Origin: Dipteris shenzhenensis | Lineage: Eukaryota | Reading direction: 5' to 3' (one strand) | Assembly: GCA_047967505.1 (NCBI GenBank) | Contig: CM106538.1 | DNA: 64,000 bases | Shown: positions 62,050 through 64,000 of the stretch, piece by piece | Position numbering within the stretch: position 1 is the stretch's first letter | Layout of the letters: each line of letters starts with the position of its first letter | Program-made: the position numbers and the translations under genes | Notes under the pieces: model-generated | What the model was told of the DNA's origin: nothing | What the model saw: the letters and a program-made list of their open reading frames with translations, nothing else | The model's database searches: none

Positions 62050-62975
62050 CTCCAACCCCCGACAAAAGTCCAACCTCGAAGAAAGAAGAAAGCCAGCTGC
62101 AGTGGTAAACTGTTGCCATTGCCCATTTCTCCGCTATAACCATCCTTCACTCAAGAAATTCGTGAACAGCAAGTACAAGCGGCTATCCTCTGTGCCCAAT
62201 GCCACTTCAATTAGACCCAACGCCTAGAGGAAGTCCAAGCAGCACAGAAGACCCCATTCACCCCAGGAACGTCTCTTTTGAAACCATCTATTCCAAGAAG
62301 GATAACACACCACCATCCCATGCTTTGAGCTTCAAGGTCCAATCCACCTCCCCCACCACTCGAACCCCCCAACAACTATGTCCCCACCAAACACTTGGGA
62401 GTCTGAGGCAAGAAGGTTTCCTGGGTCCTAAAGATTATGGTACAAGCTGCGAAGGTTCCAAAGGCAGCAACACAAGAACCTGTGTCAACCCGAGATGCAA
62501 CACCACAAGAACCTACCGACAAACCAAATGCAGTAGTAGACCAACTCCAAAGTCACAAGTACACTCTATTACCACAAATAGTCCAACTCAACACAAATAT
62601 TGCCAAGCACAGCCAAGGAGTAGTACAAGAATTGACCCCTTTACTGCCAAGAGTTACACAAGAACCTCCCTTCAGTTGTGAAGGAAAACCCTCGAAAGTA
62701 ATTGTGATCGTACCATCTCTAATGGTATTGACCTAATAATGAAAGCAAGGGTCTATGTCAAGGGCGGTCACACAAGAACCTACTTCCCCCAAGACAATAG
62801 ACCATGCCATAACAACTAGGCCCAATGCCAATGTGCCTTTGGTGTCCAAGGTAAAACACAAGATGGACACTTACTCTATGTGGCTTTTAGCACGCTATGT
62901 GGTAGCACACCATCTGTCCACATTGCATTCCTCATAGTCTAGGTCTAGGTGAGTCAGTTCGATAGGCATCTCACC
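62050..62975 (+). mobile_element. Second copy of the TQEP-repeat ORF 3' region
   Basis: TQEP repeats in ORFs 62437-62736 and 62755-62937. The C-terminal HKMDTYSMWLLARY...HLSTLH and the downstream AGGTCTAGGTGAGTC are shared with 30060-30170. Confidence 0.6.
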
Positions 62976-64000
62976 TGATGTACCCACAGCCCACAAATCA
63001 CTACTGAACACGCACACACACATCCACAATCAACACTAGGTGATTAGGGTCCGTACGTCCATTTTTGCATTTTTTTTCCATCTTGCATGTTGGCCTCACA
63101 ATCAATCCCACACTGCACAAATTCACTCCACTCGTCCCCTCTCCCACTCATTCACACTCCCCCTCTTTTACTTCTCTACATAGTCAGTATCCCGCTTGTT
63201 GTTGCTATAGAAGTATCACATCGATCGTTGCAATCCCATATCACACTATCCATCGCCATTGTCAGATCATGCCGATCGTTCCCATCCCATATGCTGCCAA
63301 GCGGTGCCATCAAGGAACATGCCAATCGTAGCCCTTTTCAAATCATGTCAACCATTGTCAAAACGGTATCCCCCGACTGTTGCCATTGTCGGATCACACC
63401 GACTGTTGCCATCGTCTCACCCTACCAACCATCTCCATCGACTCACCCCGCCAATCGTTCCCATCATAAAACCCCACCGGCTATGGGGATGCAACATATA
63501 TATAATTAGGCCTTACCCCGTCGGGTTGTCACCATAGCAGTTTCCTCCAGACTCTTGCAAAATTTCCTCGAAATTCTCATAGTTTCCTTCCCTCATCTAG
63601 TGCCATCCAAAACAGCCTGTTTATGTCCTCTCACTCTTCCTTCTCCATCGACTCCCTCATCACTCAACTACCATCACTCTTCCCTATGGATCCCAAACAC
63701 AAATTTTTTGAATTCAAAACTGAGTTGGAACTCCACCCCTGCCCTATTCCATAGGCCACTGGCCACTCAGAGTCTCAAAGCATGCCTTTTGCCACAATCT
63801 GTATGCCTTCTAAATTTCCCATAGAATATTTTTAAGGGGAGGAAGAAGTGTCCAATAGACAAACCACCCAAGAGGGTACAACAATAGCTGGCACGCCCCC
63901 TGCAAGATCAAGAAAGCACACCCCAGCTCCCACAAAAGGCGAATACAAGGTTGTGCTCTCCCAATCACACTCATCGCTTGGAGAAGCCTGGGGCTCTAGG

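Overview
This 64 kb window is repeat-dense eukaryotic DNA, most likely from a large-genome land plant (inference from Ty1/copia and Ty3/gypsy content, tRNA-iMet primer-binding sites and plant-type LRR remnants). I see no intact host gene, no RNA gene and no CRISPR array. Most of it is a nest of LTR retrotransposons. The labels below are mine. Copia family A (LTR ~352 bp) has four full-length but disabled copies with 5-bp target-site duplications (TSDs): 3508-8995, 14956-20435, 34305-40102 and 34281-45369, with the third inserted inside the LTR of the fourth. Family A also has a solo LTR and two fragments. A related copia B hosts copy A1. A very young 2.7-kb Gag-protease-only element C lies at 27014-29724. 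Copia family D is present as two complementary halves in opposite orientation. There are also two gypsy pol remnants, an uncharacterised retropepsin plus TQEP-repeat ORF family, two MITE families with unusual termini (8-bp and 4-bp TSDs), and decayed NB-ARC-like and LRR gene fragments. The best candidate for an undescribed system is a helper/parasite pair. Element C has its own LTR body and a diverged Gag but shares the PBS and leader, the LTR U3 tip and the PPT with family A, most closely with the youngest A copy. All alignments were made by eye and no database was searched.
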